A DNA stretch of 64,000 nt from Takakia lepidozioides (taxonomy: Eukaryota; Plantae; Bryophyta), in contig CM060734.1 of NCBI GenBank assembly GCA_030704615.1, forward strand, positions 15,128,001-15,192,000, in the 5' to 3' direction. This document shows, piece by piece, positions 1 through 13,900 of the stretch. Position numbers and translations under genes: made by a program. Position 1 is the first letter of the stretch. Each line of letters starts with the position of its first letter. A model generated the notes under the pieces. It saw only the letters and a program-made list of their open reading frames with translations, ran no database searches and was not told the origin of the DNA.

Positions 1-788
1 TGACATTTATGCACATAGATCCATGCTGGTGTATGAACATGCATGTGCTCACTAGAAAGCCTCAATTGAAGAGGCCCTAGTTAGTAGTTAGTTAGAACTC
101 AGAAAAAGTTAGAACTCAGTCAGTGCAACTGCAAACCCAGACTTATCTGCTCACAGGCATTAGTTACTTGAATTTGTTTATGCTTATAAAAACAATGGTA
201 CATGAGGACTCCACAAGACTGCACCTCAACAGTAGCTCTTTTCAGGACACTTACACGCTTATTGAAAAGCTTCACAAGGGAACCTACTAATCTCCACTTG
301 GAATCAATCTTGGTATGGAGTTGGCGGGAGTTCATGCAAACCAATTCTTTCCATATTCGTGCCAAATATGGAGCATTGGTCACTTAATGCTGCCTAAGAT
401 CTACAAGCCAATGGCATTCCAGTGCCAATTGAAGCTCCTAAACTAGAGCAAAATTGAGTTTAGAGCTAGGCAACTGAGAGGAAAAGAGGGAGGAACAACA
501 TGCTCCATCGTAATGCCTGATTCAGTCTGATTCATGTCTGATTCATCCTGCCTCTCCATGCCTATGTAAATTTCCTCTTCAGCTTCATGGAAAGCCAAGG
601 CTTATCATAGTCCTTTAAAAAATAAGCTAATATCCCTTTCATGATGAAGCAAGGAACGTGTCCTGAACAATTTTACAGAGAACAAACCTCCCTAGCTTAA
701 TAACAGCCTCATTGCAAACATCATAGAAAGGAACATGAAAGTTCTTAAACAGGCTCCGAAGCTCCAGAAAGGCCCTCACACCTAAGGC

Positions 789-994
789 CATCTTTTCTCA
801 CTAGTAGCACTGACTGATGAGGGCAAGCTGTCTCATCCACTTGGGGTGCGGATGGCACTGCTTCCACTGGAGCCGTTGTTTGCAAAGGCAATGCTGGTGT
901 CGAGTGAGTTTGCAGGCTGTTCTGAGGAAATGCTTGCAGATTTTGCTATGCTGTCAGTTGAATCTATTTTCTTTCCCAGGGACAAAACTCAAGA
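789..994 (+). pseudogene. Isolated exon fragment of a DEAH-box RNA helicase (HA2 region, DHX33/DEAH10-RID1-like)
   Basis: Translation HLFSLVALTDEGKLSHPLGVRMALLPLEPLFAKAMLVSSEFAGCSEEMLADFAMLSVESIFFPRDKTQE matches the HA2 segment of DEAH helicases. It ends at a GT donor (~995), has an in-frame TAA just upstream (783-785), and no other helicase exons are visible. Confidence 0.75.
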
Positions 995-1727
995 GGTACT
1001 ATGGCTGAGACATCAACACTTATTTATTCCATTCTAAATTTTCTGTTGGTCTTGAAACAAGAAAAACACTGGCCACAGCTACATAAAGTTGTTGGGACCT
1101 CTTCAAACCAGAGGCTACTGTTACCCAATAGACAATAACACTCTCTAACAGCCACATCAAACTAGGGCTTTTGTTACCCGAATGGTTTCCTAGTGACTGA
1201 TAAGCCTTGTAGTACCCAAAATAACAAGGCTCAGTTGCCCAATGTTGCATAACCTCTATGTTCTTAGGTGTATTATGTGTGACAAGCGGAGGATGCAGCT
1301 GGAGATTTGGACATAACAAAAAATTTCACGAGTTTTGACATCGACCAACACCCCCTTGCTCACCCTTCTTCGTCGTTGTCACTGCCCACCTCCATAGGTG
1401 CCTTCTGTCTACGATCGCCAGAAGAGCCCCCTGCCATTCCCCAAGAATCGCTGCCTTGGAACATTCCTCCTCCATGGTCACCACCCATGCCAGCTCCAGA
1501 TTGGCCACCACCCATGCCTCTTGGATGGCCACCTGCAAATGCTCCCATTGACCCCAAGCTCGCCCCCATGGCTGGGCCCCTGCTAACACCTGATCCAACA
1601 AGTCCCCTGGGCCACAACACAACGAATGCCTTCAGATCATTACCTCACCTCCTACTAATTGTTCTCTATTTTTTCCATGGCAGCCTTAAACATTACACTA
1701 GTCGGCTCTAACAACATTCAAGCTGGC

Positions 1728-3062
1728 ATGTCTTATGCTGACAGAAAAAGAAAAAGAGACTATGATGAGGAGCAAGACCTTATGACCAGACGAGCTATCT
1801 ACAAATGGGATGAGGATGGTGAAATTGAAGGAGTGCCTCATCACAAAACAGTGCTGGATCTTATGGCTTGGCACTTGAACATATTGAACAATCTGTGGTA
1901 TGTTAAACCCAGGTCAACTTGCTGGTTTGACACATTTCTATTCGATGTGTATACCCAAGAAATGTGGTTTGATATTGTGAGGATGCAACGTAGGACATTT
2001 GCGAAACTTTGTGATGACTTGCGGCTGTATGTGCAAGGCCATCACACAAAGTGGAGGGAGCCAATAAGTATTGAAAAGAAGGTAGTTGTCACCTATACAA
2101 ACTCATGCATGGCCATACTTGCACACTCGTTGCAGATAAAGCAGGGATTCGTCGATCTACAGTCTACGACTCCATGAGGGAGGTAATCCCTGCAATTTGT
2201 CATGTACTCGGGCACCTCATATCCTGGCCAACTGGCCGCAGGCTGGAAAAGATCACAAGAGACTTTGAGAAGAAGCAGTGGCTCCCGAATTGTCTTGGGG
2301 CAATAGATGGGAGCCACATCTACATCCGTGCACCAAAAGATACAAAGATTGCGGCTGACCATCCTAGGAATAGGAACAAGTCTTTCATTGTCCTATTACA
2401 GGGAGTGGTTGACTCGAGGTGTTACTTCATGTCTCTAAACACTGGGGTGCCCAGCAGTATACATAACTCCTACCACCTGAAATGCTCAGAACTATATCGC
2501 AAGGCTGAGGAGGGCATCATGTCTGGTCTCAATATCCAGACTTCCATTTCCCCCTTACATTGTTGGTGACAGAGGATACCCACTCCTCAAGTGGCTTATC
2601 ACTCCATTTAAGCAAGATGTTATGGGAAGACCTTTGAGCCAAGAGGAAATGTGGTTCAATAGAAAGCACTCTGCAACTAGGATGGCCATAGAAAGGGCCT
2701 TCGGTATTCTGAAGGGCCATTTCAAGGAGATTGGAACAAAGACAAGATTGGCACTGGAGTTTCTACCACAGGTTATACACTGTTGTTGCATATTGCATAA
2801 TATACTACTGGCTAGCAAGGATAAAAGTCTGGACGAAATTCTGGTGGAGTGTCAAATGGCTCCAACTACTGCAGTAATGGCTGACAATGTGGAGGCACAT
2901 GCCGCACCACCAGAAATGCCACGAGGTACGGCTACAATAACAGAGGAAAGACAACTACTTGAGGGCAGAATGGCCGGAGAGGACATACTGGATTATCTAG
3001 TGAGAGTACAGAATGCGAGGTTTAATCGTAGAAGAGCCCACACAGCGGGGGGACCAGCATGA
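1728..3062 (+). mobile_element. PIF/Harbinger DDE transposase (DDE_Tnp_4 type), frameshifted
   Basis: Three overlapping ORFs give RMQRRTFAKLC, PISIEKKV, CLGAIDGSHIYI (D1), LLQGVVD, VGDRGYPLLKWLITPF (D2), FNRKHSATRMAIERAFGILKGHF (E) and CCILHN, in the canonical Harbinger order, with at least two frameshifts. Confidence 0.92.
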
Positions 3063-4139
3063 TGCAAGCATGGCACTCTCTGCATCCAGTTACCTCAAAC
3101 TCAAAACAGCTTTGCAGGGGACAGACGCCACATGCAATCATGGCCATCATGCAATTTATCATTAAATCCTCTCTTGCTTTCAGGACCAGAATAGCTCAGC
3201 AACATACCTGTACAAGGTTATTCCTTTGGTCTGCATGAAAGATTTTGAGCTAGGCCTTGGTAAGACAGCCTGCTGGAGTAGACGTGTACATGATCCGGTC
3301 AGTGCACATTACTCTTGTTTGCCGGTCCCCTGTAGCCGATGCCTTATGTCAGATTTAGATACCTTATGATACGAATGAGTTCCTTTCTTTGCTCAAATGT
3401 TTCTATGTTTCGCCTGGTTATGGCTTTGCTCTTTATAGCACCATAAGAAATACCCAATTCTGATATGCTGCTGGTAGATGTTTGTCTGATACCAGGTGGT
3501 AAACCCCTCCCAGACTTCATTACCTAAGTCCCAATACCTGCCCCTTTTGGTTTTGTATACATGTTTTACCCAAAACAAGGGGTGGGTAAACACTAAAAGT
3601 CTGATATAAGATTCTTTCCTGATTGTTACTTTATGACCTTGGGAATTGAGGGTTCTTTCACTGGCCTCTTCTTCCGGTCACCAGAGCTTATATATAAACT
3701 AAAAGGTAAAACTCTACATTTTGATGTATGTGTTGATGTACCTTCGTTTGTGTCACAACTTGCCAACTTGGAACATGCCAATGGCAGAAAGTTCATTACC
3801 TAAACCTACCCCCATTGGTTTTGTACACATGTGGTACCCAAAAATATGGGCTAGGTAAACACTAAAGGTTGATAAAAGTTTATTTCCTGTTTGTTGCTTC
3901 ATGAATTTCGGAGTTAAGGTCCCTTCATTGGCCTCATCTTTCCATTATCAGAGCTTATGTGTAGCTAAAAGGTAAAACTCTACATTCTGATGTAAGTGTT
4001 GATGTACTTTTGCTTGTCACGGCTTGTTTTGTTTGTTGACCTTGGAGAGTTGAGATTGTAGGCATGTTTATTTCTATGGTTCCTTTGTAACCAGAAGTAA
4101 AGCTACGAAGAAGAGGGAGGTCATTTATGTGATGGGGTC

Positions 4140-4173
4140 TGGTATGCACTCCCTTACGGGTGAGTGCATACCA
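4140..4173. other. Perfect 12-bp inverted repeat (hairpin) at the end of segment A, present in every unit
   Basis: TGGTATGCACTC-N10/11-GAGTGCATACCA. The last copy (20289-20323) lies 5 nt before the array's right boundary. Confidence 0.85.
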
Positions 4174-4402
4174 CACTCACTCCATAAGGAGCTGCCATAC
4201 CAGGGGATGGTTGGTGGGTTCCCTCTCTCTCCCTCCCTCCATGGATCTGGCTGGTTCTCTTAAAACTTGATAGTTTAAGACCGGTGGTATGTTACCTAAC
4301 CCCTAATTAACCTTCTTGGAATTTGGTTAATTTCGGTTATTTACATTACCCGGATTTTTGGTATAAGGTCAGGATACTAATGGAGCCATCCTATTATTAT
4401 TA

Positions 4403-4600
4403 TTTTTCATCCATAAATGGATGTCATCCTCAGAGGATGACACGGATGAAAAATCGAGAGACAATTTCATCCAACGCGGATGAAATCACGATAGATTTCA
4501 TCCTGCGCGGTAGAGTTCATCCCGTGTGATGGATTTCATCTCGAATGGATGAAATCGTGGGAAATCACGTGGATGAAATCGCGGAAATCGCGCTTCATCT
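4403..4600. repeat. Cluster of TTTCATCC/GGATGAAA motifs in both orientations (subterminal-repeat-like), one cluster per array unit
   Basis: About ten copies of TTCATCC or GGATGAAA within 200 bp, repeated near 9530, 13205 and 16880. Confidence 0.7.
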
Positions 4601-5012
4601 TTTCCCTGCCCTAACCCTCTGCACGACGATCGTGCTTAAGGGATAGCTGGAGCTGAGAGATGGTGGCAGGGGGCGCATGGAGCTCGATTCAGGCGCCCTT
4701 GAATGCCATGGAGCTGCGCCATTAAGGCATTTAGGTGTTCTGGCAAGATTCAGTGCCTTCTTCCCCTCTTGGGTGCGCAATGGCGGTAGTATCTGCAATT
4801 TCCCCGTGGCGGTTGTCTCTAATGCTTGGCGGGCGATCTACCTGTGCTGTGGTTGCTTGTTGTGACCTTCATTGATCATTAAGATACAAGCGGCGATCTT
4901 AAGGCCTCGGGGAAGTGTTTGAACTCTTTAAGTTGGGCGATTCACTTTCTTTGTGCATGCTTTGTACATTTTGTTGTGCATTCTTGTTTGTTGGTCTTGA
5001 GAGCTATGGCGC

Positions 5013-7915
5013 ATGCCTCTCTTCCACAAGCCATCAAGGTATTGGCTTGCATATGCTCTGTTTCTTTTTTGCCCCTGCTTTGTATTGCATGTTGTACAGC
5101 GATAACAAGCGTGAGACCTGCGAATCACCTGGGGTTCCACATCGTCTCTAACTTAACTGTTTCTAATTGCATGTGATGGGACCAGGTGAGGGCCCTCACT
5201 TAACATGGATTTTAAAGCTTGAAGTTGATTGGAATCGAGTTGAAGAAGCGACGCCATCTGTATCTTTGGGGGAGAACAATCCTTTCTTCCTCTTTCCTTG
5301 ATCTTGATGGCTCCTATGTTTAACCTAGTATGGTGGACAATCAATCATTACGGCGACTATCTCTGTTCCCTATGGCATACTGATGTGACAATGGAGCAAT
5401 GATATGACAAGCTGATGGCTTTAAGGAGATCTGGTAACATGCTACAATGTAGGGTAGACTGTTTTCATGACCAGACATGTTCTTGAATGTACAAGCATTG
5501 GAAACTTAGCCTCTTTTAGAAGCTGGTTACTTTAGGACTTGATACCATGCCAAACTGATATGGATGGATCTTTTGTGGCCAAATCTGGTCCTTGGTTATA
5601 TGCTCTTGAATGTTTACCTATTTCCCAAAATGGTAAGACATTGGTAGATGTGAACAGAATGATTCAGGCATTGTATTCAAGTTGCTTTAGGATAAATAAT
5701 ACCAAAGTAACCTGCAGGCCTGATGGGATGAGCAATTCAGATTCTTTGTGTTTCCTATGGATGATTGCATGGCATGTAAATCTGATTATAGCCTGTTATG
5801 GTAATGATTTCCCTACCCCGGATATAGAACTTGGTCTTGGGGCATGGAATAGAGGTGGGAATATTACTCTACCCTGTCATTGAAATTACACACCAGCCCC
5901 AGATCTAAAACAGATCATGGGGCAAAAAACATGGTGTCAATAAGTGACTTGATGTGCAAAATAGGGCAGCTGATTATAACCTGTTGTATAAGCTGCCAAA
6001 TATCAGTCCGTAACCCTGCTTTGGTGATGTTCTTTATGTAAAGAAATGATCTTATTTTGTTTTCAAGCCTTCTATGATCATAAAATGGCTTCTTTAAGAC
6101 AAACAGACATTTCCAGCCATGAACAGTGATCAATGGATCTTTATTTGGACATGGATACTTACTGCTCAGTCACTTTGGTATGTCCAATGATACAAAGAAC
6201 CCAAAACTATACTAGTTTTTGGGCCAACAATAAATTAGGATGGTTGGTTATGCCTTGGTATGTAAGCTGACCAAAAATACAGACTGAATGACATGGGCGC
6301 ATGTCATGAATGACACTTTGTAGCATGCTTAACAATGGTTTCCTGCTATGAACAGTGGTAATTGAGTCTCTAATTTTCCCCACCCCCCCACCCAGAGACT
6401 TCATTGACTTTGAAGTCTGGGATTTGTCATAAAGCTGACTTGTGAATGAAGAATGGTTGATAATGCCTCTCTTCCACAAGCCATCAAGGTATTGGCTTGC
6501 ATATGCTCTGTTTCTTTTTTTGCCCCTGCTTTGTATTGCATTTGTACAGCGATAACAAGCGTGAGACCTGCGAATCACCTGGGGTTCCACATCGTCTCTA
6601 ACTTAACTGTTTCTAATGCATGTGATGGGACCAGGTGAGGGCCCTCACTTAACATGGATTTTAAAGCTTGAAGTTGATATTGGAATCGAGTTGAAGAAGC
6701 GACGCCATCTGTATCTTTGGGGGAGAACAATCCTTTCTTCCTCTTTCCTTTGATCTGATGGCTCATATGTTTAACCTAGTATGGTGGACAATCAATCATT
6801 ACGGCGACTATCTCTTGTTCCCTATGCATACTGATGTGACAATGGAGCAATGATATGACAAGCTGATGGCTTTAAGGAGATCTGGTAACATGCTACAATG
6901 TAGGGTAGACCTGTTTTCATGACCAGACACTGTTCTTGAATGTACAAGCATTGGAAACTTAGCTCTTTAGAAGCTGGTTACTTTAGGACTTGATACCATG
7001 CCAAACTGATATGGATGGATCTTTTGTGGCCAAATCTGGTCCTTGGTTATATGCTCTTGAATGTTTACCTATTTTCCAAAATGGTAAGACATTGGTAGAT
7101 GTGAACAGAATGATTCAGGCATTGTATTCAAGTTGCTTTAGGATAAATAATACCAAAGTAACCTGCAGGCCTGATGGGATGAGCAATTCAGATTCTTTGT
7201 GTTTCCTATGGATGATTGCATGGCATGTAAATCTGATTATAGCCTGTTATGGTAATGATTTCCCTACCCCGGATATAGAACTTGGTCTTGGGGCATGGAA
7301 GAGGTGGGAATATTACTCTACCCTGTCATTGAAATTACACACCAGCCCCAGATCTAAAACAGATCATGGGGCAAAAAACATGGTGTCAATAAGTGACTTG
7401 ATGTGCAAATAGGGCAGCTGATTATAACCTGTTGTATAAAGCTGCCAAATATCAGTCCGTAACCCTGCTTTGGTGATGTTCTTTATGTAAAGAAATGATC
7501 TTATATTGTTTTCAAGCCTTCTATGATCATAAAAATGGCTTCTTTAAGACAAACAGACATTTCCAGCCATGAACAGTGATCAATGGATCTTTATTTGGAC
7601 ATGGATACTTACTGCTCAGTCACTTTGGTATGTCCAATGATACAAAGAACCCAAAACTATACTAGTTTTTGGGCCAACAATAAATTAGGATGGTTGGTTA
7701 TGCCTTGGTAGTAAGCTGACCAAAAAATACAGACTGAATGACATGGGCGCATGTCATGAATGACACTTTGTAGCATGCTTAACAATGGTTTCCTGCTATG
7801 AACAGTGGTAATTGATCTCTAATTTTCCCCACCCCCCCACCCAGAGACTTCATTGACTTTGAAGTCTGGGATTTGTCATAAAGCTGACTGTGAATGAAGA
7901 ATGGTGATAATGCCT
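5013..7915 (+). repeat. Internal 1450-bp tandem duplication inside the first array unit
   Basis: The sequence jumps back at ATGCCT (6463-6468) to the ATGCCT at 5013-5018, and the normal continuation resumes at ATGCCT 7910-7915. This explains the 5115-bp first period. Confidence 0.92.
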
Positions 7916-10900
7916 TGTTATGAGGCTGATTTGTCGTTAATTTACAATGACCTTGTCAGGTCTTTGTCCATGTCTCGACAAGACGTAAGTATCTTCCCTC
8001 TTTGATTTAGACCAGTGTACTTGGTGGTTCTTGTACACATTATCAACCAAATCTCCCTTCTGTTTTCAGTTTTATGTTTGATTTACTAACACCTTGGTCT
8101 GAGCATGACAAAAGGTTATCAAATATGTTCCTGATTGAAGTGATGAACGCAAGGCAATGGGAAGGCCAAAGCCATGAGATATCAGCCTCCTCTCCTGCCA
8201 TGACCATGGTGTGGAGCAAGCAAGTCCTTCATAAGGTAAGATCTTCTCCAGCAAAAATATGTTGGCTAATTGGGCATGGAGAGTAAGATGAGAAGTAAGT
8301 ACCTTGAAGGTACCTGAGATAAGCATAGAACATCTATAGGGCTTTTGAATGCTGAGATTTTGAGCTAGGCCTTGGTAAGACAGCCTGCTGGAGTAGACGT
8401 GTACATGATCCGGTCAGTGCACATTACTCTTGTTTGCCGGTCCCCTGTAGCCGATGCCTTATGTCAGATTTAGATACCTTATGATACGAATGAGTTCCTT
8501 TCTTTGGCTCAAATGTTTCTATGTTTCGCCTGGTTATGGCTTTGCTCTTTATAGCACCATAAGAAATACCCAATTCTGATATGCTGCTGGTAGATGTTTT
8601 GTCTGAATACCAGGTGGTAAACCCCTCCCAGACTTCATTACCTAAGTCCCAATACCTGCCCTTTTGGTTTTGTATACATGTTTACCCAAAACAAGGGGTG
8701 GGTAAACTAACAAGTCTGATATAAGATTCTTCTTGATTGATTACTTTTATTGACCGTGGACCTTGAGGAGGGTTCTTTCACTGGCCTCTTCTTCCGGTCA
8801 CCAGAGCTTATATATAAACTAAAAGGTAAAACTCTACATTTTGATGTATGTGTTGATGTATGTACCTTCGTTTGTGTCACAACTTGCCAACTTGGAACAT
8901 GCCAATGGCAGAAAGTTCATTACCTAAACCTACCCCCATTGGTTTTGTACACATGTGGTACCCAAAAATATGGGCTAGGTAAACACTAAAGGGTTGATAA
9001 AAGTTTATTTCCTGTTTGTTGCTTCATGAATTTCGGAGTTAAGGTCCCTTCATTGGCCTCATCTTTCCATTATCAGAGCTTATGTGTAGCTAAAAGGTAA
9101 AACTCTACATTCTGATGTAAGTGTTGATGTACTTTTGCTTGTCACGGCTTGTTTTGTTTGTTGACCTTGGAGAGTTGAGATTGTAGGCATGTTTATTTCT
9201 ATGGTTCCTTTGTAACCAGAAGTAAAAGCTACGAAGAAGAGGGAGGTCATTTATGTGATGGGGTCTGGTATGCACTCCCTTACGGGGTGAGTGCATACCA
9301 CACTCACTCCATAAGGAGCTGCCATACCAGGGGATGGTTGGTGGGTTCCCTCTCTCTCCCTCCCTCCATGGATCTGGCTGGTTCTCTTAAAACTTGATAG
9401 TTTAAGACCGGTGGTATGTTACCTAACCCCTAATTAACCTTCTTGGAATTTGGTTAATTTCGGTTATTTACATTACCCGGATTTTTGGTATAAGGTCAGG
9501 ATACTAATGGAGCCATCCTATTATTATTATTTTTCATCCATAAATGGATGTCATCCTCAGAGGATGACACGGATGAAAAATCGAGAGACAATTTCATCCA
9601 ACGCGGATGAAATCACGATAGATTTCATCCTGCGCGGTAGAGTTCATCCCGTGTGATGGATTTCATCTCGAATGGATGAAATCGTGGGAAATCACGTGGA
9701 TGAAATCGCGGGAAATCGCGCTTCATCTTTTCCCTGCCCTAACCCTCTGCACGACGATCGTGCTTAAGGGATAGCTGGAGCTGAGAGATGGTGGCAGGGG
9801 GCGCATGGAGCTCGATTCAGGCGCCCTTGAATGCCATGGAGCTGCGCCATTAAGGCATTTAGGTGTTCTGGCAAGATTCAGTGCCTTCTTCCCCTCTTGG
9901 GGTGCGCAATGGCGGTAGTACCTGCAATTTCCCCGTGGCGGTTGTCTCTAATGCTTGGCGGGCGATCTACCTGTGCTGTGGTTGCTTGTTGTGACCTTCA
10001 TTGATCATTAAGATACAAGCGGCGATCTTAAGGCCTCGGGGAAGTGTTTGAACTCTTTAAGTTTGGGCGATTCACTTTCTTTGTGCATGCTTTGTACATT
10101 TTGTTGTGCATTCTTGTTTGTTGGTCTTGAGAGCTATGGCGCATGCCTCTCTTCCACAAGCCATCAAGGTATTGGCTTGCATATGCTCTGTTTCTTTTTT
10201 GCCCCTGCTTTGTATTGCATGTTGTACAGCGATAACAAGCGTGAGACCTGCGAATCACCTGGGGTTCCACATCGTCTCTAACTTAACTGTTTCTAATTGC
10301 ATGTGATGGGACCAGGTGAGGGCCCTCACTTAACATGGATTTTAAAGCTTGAAGTTGATTGGAATCGAGTTGAAGAAGCGACGCCATCTGTATCTTTGGG
10401 GGAGAACAATCCTTTCTTCCTCTTTCCTTTGATCTTGATGGCTCCTATGTTTAACCTAGTATGGTGGACAATCAATCATTACGGCGACTATCTCTTGTTC
10501 CCTATGGCATACTGATGTGACAATGGAGCAATGATATGACAAGCTGATGGCTTTAAGGAGATCTGGTAACATGCTACAATGTAGGGTAGACCTGTTTTCA
10601 TGACCAGACACTGTTCTTGAATGTACAAGCATTGGAAACTTAGCCTCTTTTAGAAGCTGGTTACTTTAGGACTTGATACCATGCCAAACTGATATGGATG
10701 GATCTTTTGTGGCCAAATCTGGTCCTTGGTTATATGCTCTTGAATGTTTACCTATTTTCCAAAATGGTAAGACATTGGTAGATGTGAACAGAATGATTCA
10801 GGCATTGTATTCAAGTTGCTTTAGGATAAATAATACCAAAGTAACCTGCAGGCCTGATGGGATGAGCAATTCAGATTCTTTGTGTTTCCTATGGATGATT

Positions 10901-13900
10901 GCATGGCATGTAAATCTGATTATAGCCTGTTATGGTAATGATTTCCCTACCCCGGATATAGAACTTGGTCTTGGGGCATGGAATAAGAGGTGGGAATATT
11001 ACTCTACCCTGTCATTGAAATTACACACCAGCCCCAGATCTAAAACAGATCATGGGGCAAAAAACATGGTGTCAATAAGTGACTTGATGTGCAAAATAGG
11101 GCAGCTGATTATAACCTGTTGTATAAGCTGCCAAATATCAGTCCGTAACCCTGCTTTGGTGATGTTCTTTATGTAAAGAAATGATCTTATTTTGTTTTCA
11201 AGCCTTCTATGATCATAAAAATGGCTTTTTTAAGACAAACAGACATTTCCAGCCATGAACAGTGATCAATGGATCTTTATTTGGACATGGATACTTACTG
11301 CTCAGTCACTTTGGTATGTCCAATGATACAAAGAACCCAAAACTATACTAGTTTTTGGGCCAACAATAAATTAGGATGGTTGGTTATGCCTTGGTATGTA
11401 AGCTGACCAAAAAATACAGACTGAATGACATGGGCGCATGTCATGAATGACACTTTGTAGCATGCTTAACAATGGTTTCCTGCTATGAACAGTGGTAATT
11501 GAGTCTCTAATTTTCCCCACCCCCCCACCCAGAGACTTCATTGACTTTGAAGTCTGGGATTTGTCATAAAGCTGACTTGTGAATGAAGAATGGTTGATAA
11601 TGCCTTGTTATGAGGCTGATTTGTCGTTAATTTTACAATGACCTTGTCAGGTCTTTGTCCATGTCTCGACAAGACGTAAGTATCTTCCCTCTTTGATTTA
11701 GACCAGTGTACTTGGTGGTTCTTGTACACATTATCAACCAATCTCCCTTCTGTTTTCAGTTTTATGTTTGATTTACTAACACCTTGGTCTGAGCATGACA
11801 AAAGGTTATCAAATATGTTCCTGATTGAAGTGATGAACGCAAGGCAATGGGAAGGCCAAAGCCATGAGATATCAGCCTCCTCTCCTGCCATGACCATGGT
11901 GTGGAGCAAGCAAGTCCTTCATAAGGTAAGATCTTCTCCAGCAAAAATATTTGCTAATTGGGCATGGAGAGTAGGCAATCCTTGAAGGTACCTGAGATAA
12001 GCATAGAACATCTATAGGGCTTTTGAATGCTGAGATTTTGAGCTAGGCCTTGGTAAGACAGCCTGCTGGAGTAGACGTGTACATGATCCGGTCAGTGCAC
12101 ATTACTCTTGTTTTGCCGGTCCCCTGTAGCCGATGCCTTATGTCAGATTTAGATACCTTATGATACGAATGAGTTCCTTTTCTTTGGCTCAAATGTTTCT
12201 ATGTTTCGCCTGGTTATGGCTTTGCTCTTTTATAGCACCATAAGAAATACCCAATTCTGATATGCTGCTGGTAGATGTTTTGTCTGAATACCAGGTGGTA
12301 AACCCCTCCCAGACTTCATTACCTAAGTCCCAATACCTCCCCTTTTGGTTTTGTATACATGTTTTACCCAAAACAAGGGGTGGGTAAACACTAAAAGTCT
12401 GATATAAGATCTTTCCTGATTGTTACTTTATGACCTTGGGAATTGAGGGTTCTTTCACTGGCCTCTTCTTCCGGTCACCAGAGCTTATATATAAACTAAA
12501 AGGTAAAACTCTACATTTTGATGTATGTGTTGATGTACCTTCGTTTGTGTCACAACTTGCCAACTTGGAACATGCCAATGGCAGAAAGTTCATTACCTAA
12601 ACCTACCCCCATTGGTTTTGTACACATGTGGTACCCAAAAATATGGGCTAGGTAAACACTAAAGGGTTGATAAAAGTTTATTTCCTGTTTGTTGCTTCAT
12701 GAATTTCGGAGTTAAGGTCCCTTCATTGGCCTCATCTTTCCATTATCAGAGCTTATGTGTAGCTAAAAGGTAAAACTCTACATTCTGATGTAAGTGTTGA
12801 TGTACTTTTGCTTGTCAACGGCTTGTTTTTGTTTGTTGACCTTGGAGAGTTGAGATTGTAGGCATGTTTATTTCTATGGTTCCTTTGTAACCAGAAGTAA
12901 AAGCTACGAAGAAGAGGGAGGTCATTTATGTGATGGGGTCTGGTATGCACTCCCTTACGGGGTGAGTGCATACCACACTCACTCCATAAGGAGCTGCCAT
13001 ACCAGGGGATGGTTGGTGGGTTCCCTCTCTCTCCCTCCCTCCATGGATCTGGCTGGTTCTCTTAAAACTTGATAGTTTAAGACCGGTGGTATGTTACCTA
13101 ACCCCTAATTAACCTTCTTGGAATTTGGTTAATTTCGGTTATTTACATTACCCGGATTTTTGGTATAAGGTCAGGATACTAATGGAGCCATCCTATTATT
13201 ATTATTTTTCATCCATAAATGGATGTCATCCTCAGAGGATGACACGGATGAAAAATCGAGAGACAATTTCATCCAACGCGGATGAAATCACGATAGATTT
13301 CATCCTGCGCGGTAGAGTTCATCCCGTGTGATGGATTTCATCTCGAATGGATGAAATCGTGGGAAATCACGTGGATGAAATCGCGGGAAATCGCGCTTCA
13401 TCTTTTCCCTGCCCTAACCCTCTGCACGACGATCGTGCTTAAGGGATAGCTGGAGCTGAGAGATGGTGGCAGGGGGCGCATGGAGCTCGATTCAGGCGCC
13501 CTTGAATGCCATGGAGCTGCGCCATTAAGGCATTTAGGTGTTCTGGCAAGATTCAGTGCCTTCTTCCCCTCTTGCGGTGCGCAATGGCGGTAGTACCTGC
13601 AATTTCCCCGTGGCGGTTGTCTCTAATGCTTGGCGGGCGATCTACCTGTGCTGTGGTTGCTTGTTGTGACCTTCATTGATCATTAAGATACAAGCGGCGA
13701 TCTTAAGGCCTCGGGGAAGTGTTTGAACTCTTTAAGTTTGGGCGATTCACTTTCTTTGTGCATGCTTTGTACATTTTGTTGTGCATTCTTGTTTGTTGGT
13801 CTTGAGAGCTATGGCGCATGCCTCTCTTCCACAAGCCATCAAGGTATTGGCTTGCATATGCTCTGTTTCTTTTTTTGCCCCTGCTTTGTATTGCATGTTG

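Noticed and set aside
1307-1711. Pro-rich (+) and Gly-rich (-) ORFs as a gene or as the Harbinger Myb/SANT partner
   Set aside because: Low complexity, interrupted by a stop on the minus strand, and no SANT motif that I can support.
3240-4178. Segment A as the LTR of a tandem TRIM/LTR array
   Set aside because: There is no PBS (TGG...) or polypurine tract next to A in either orientation, and no clear TSD.
11651-11860. VFVHVST and KAMG peptides suggesting a fatty acyl-CoA reductase remnant
   Set aside because: Spacing and surrounding residues do not fit, so these are probably chance matches.
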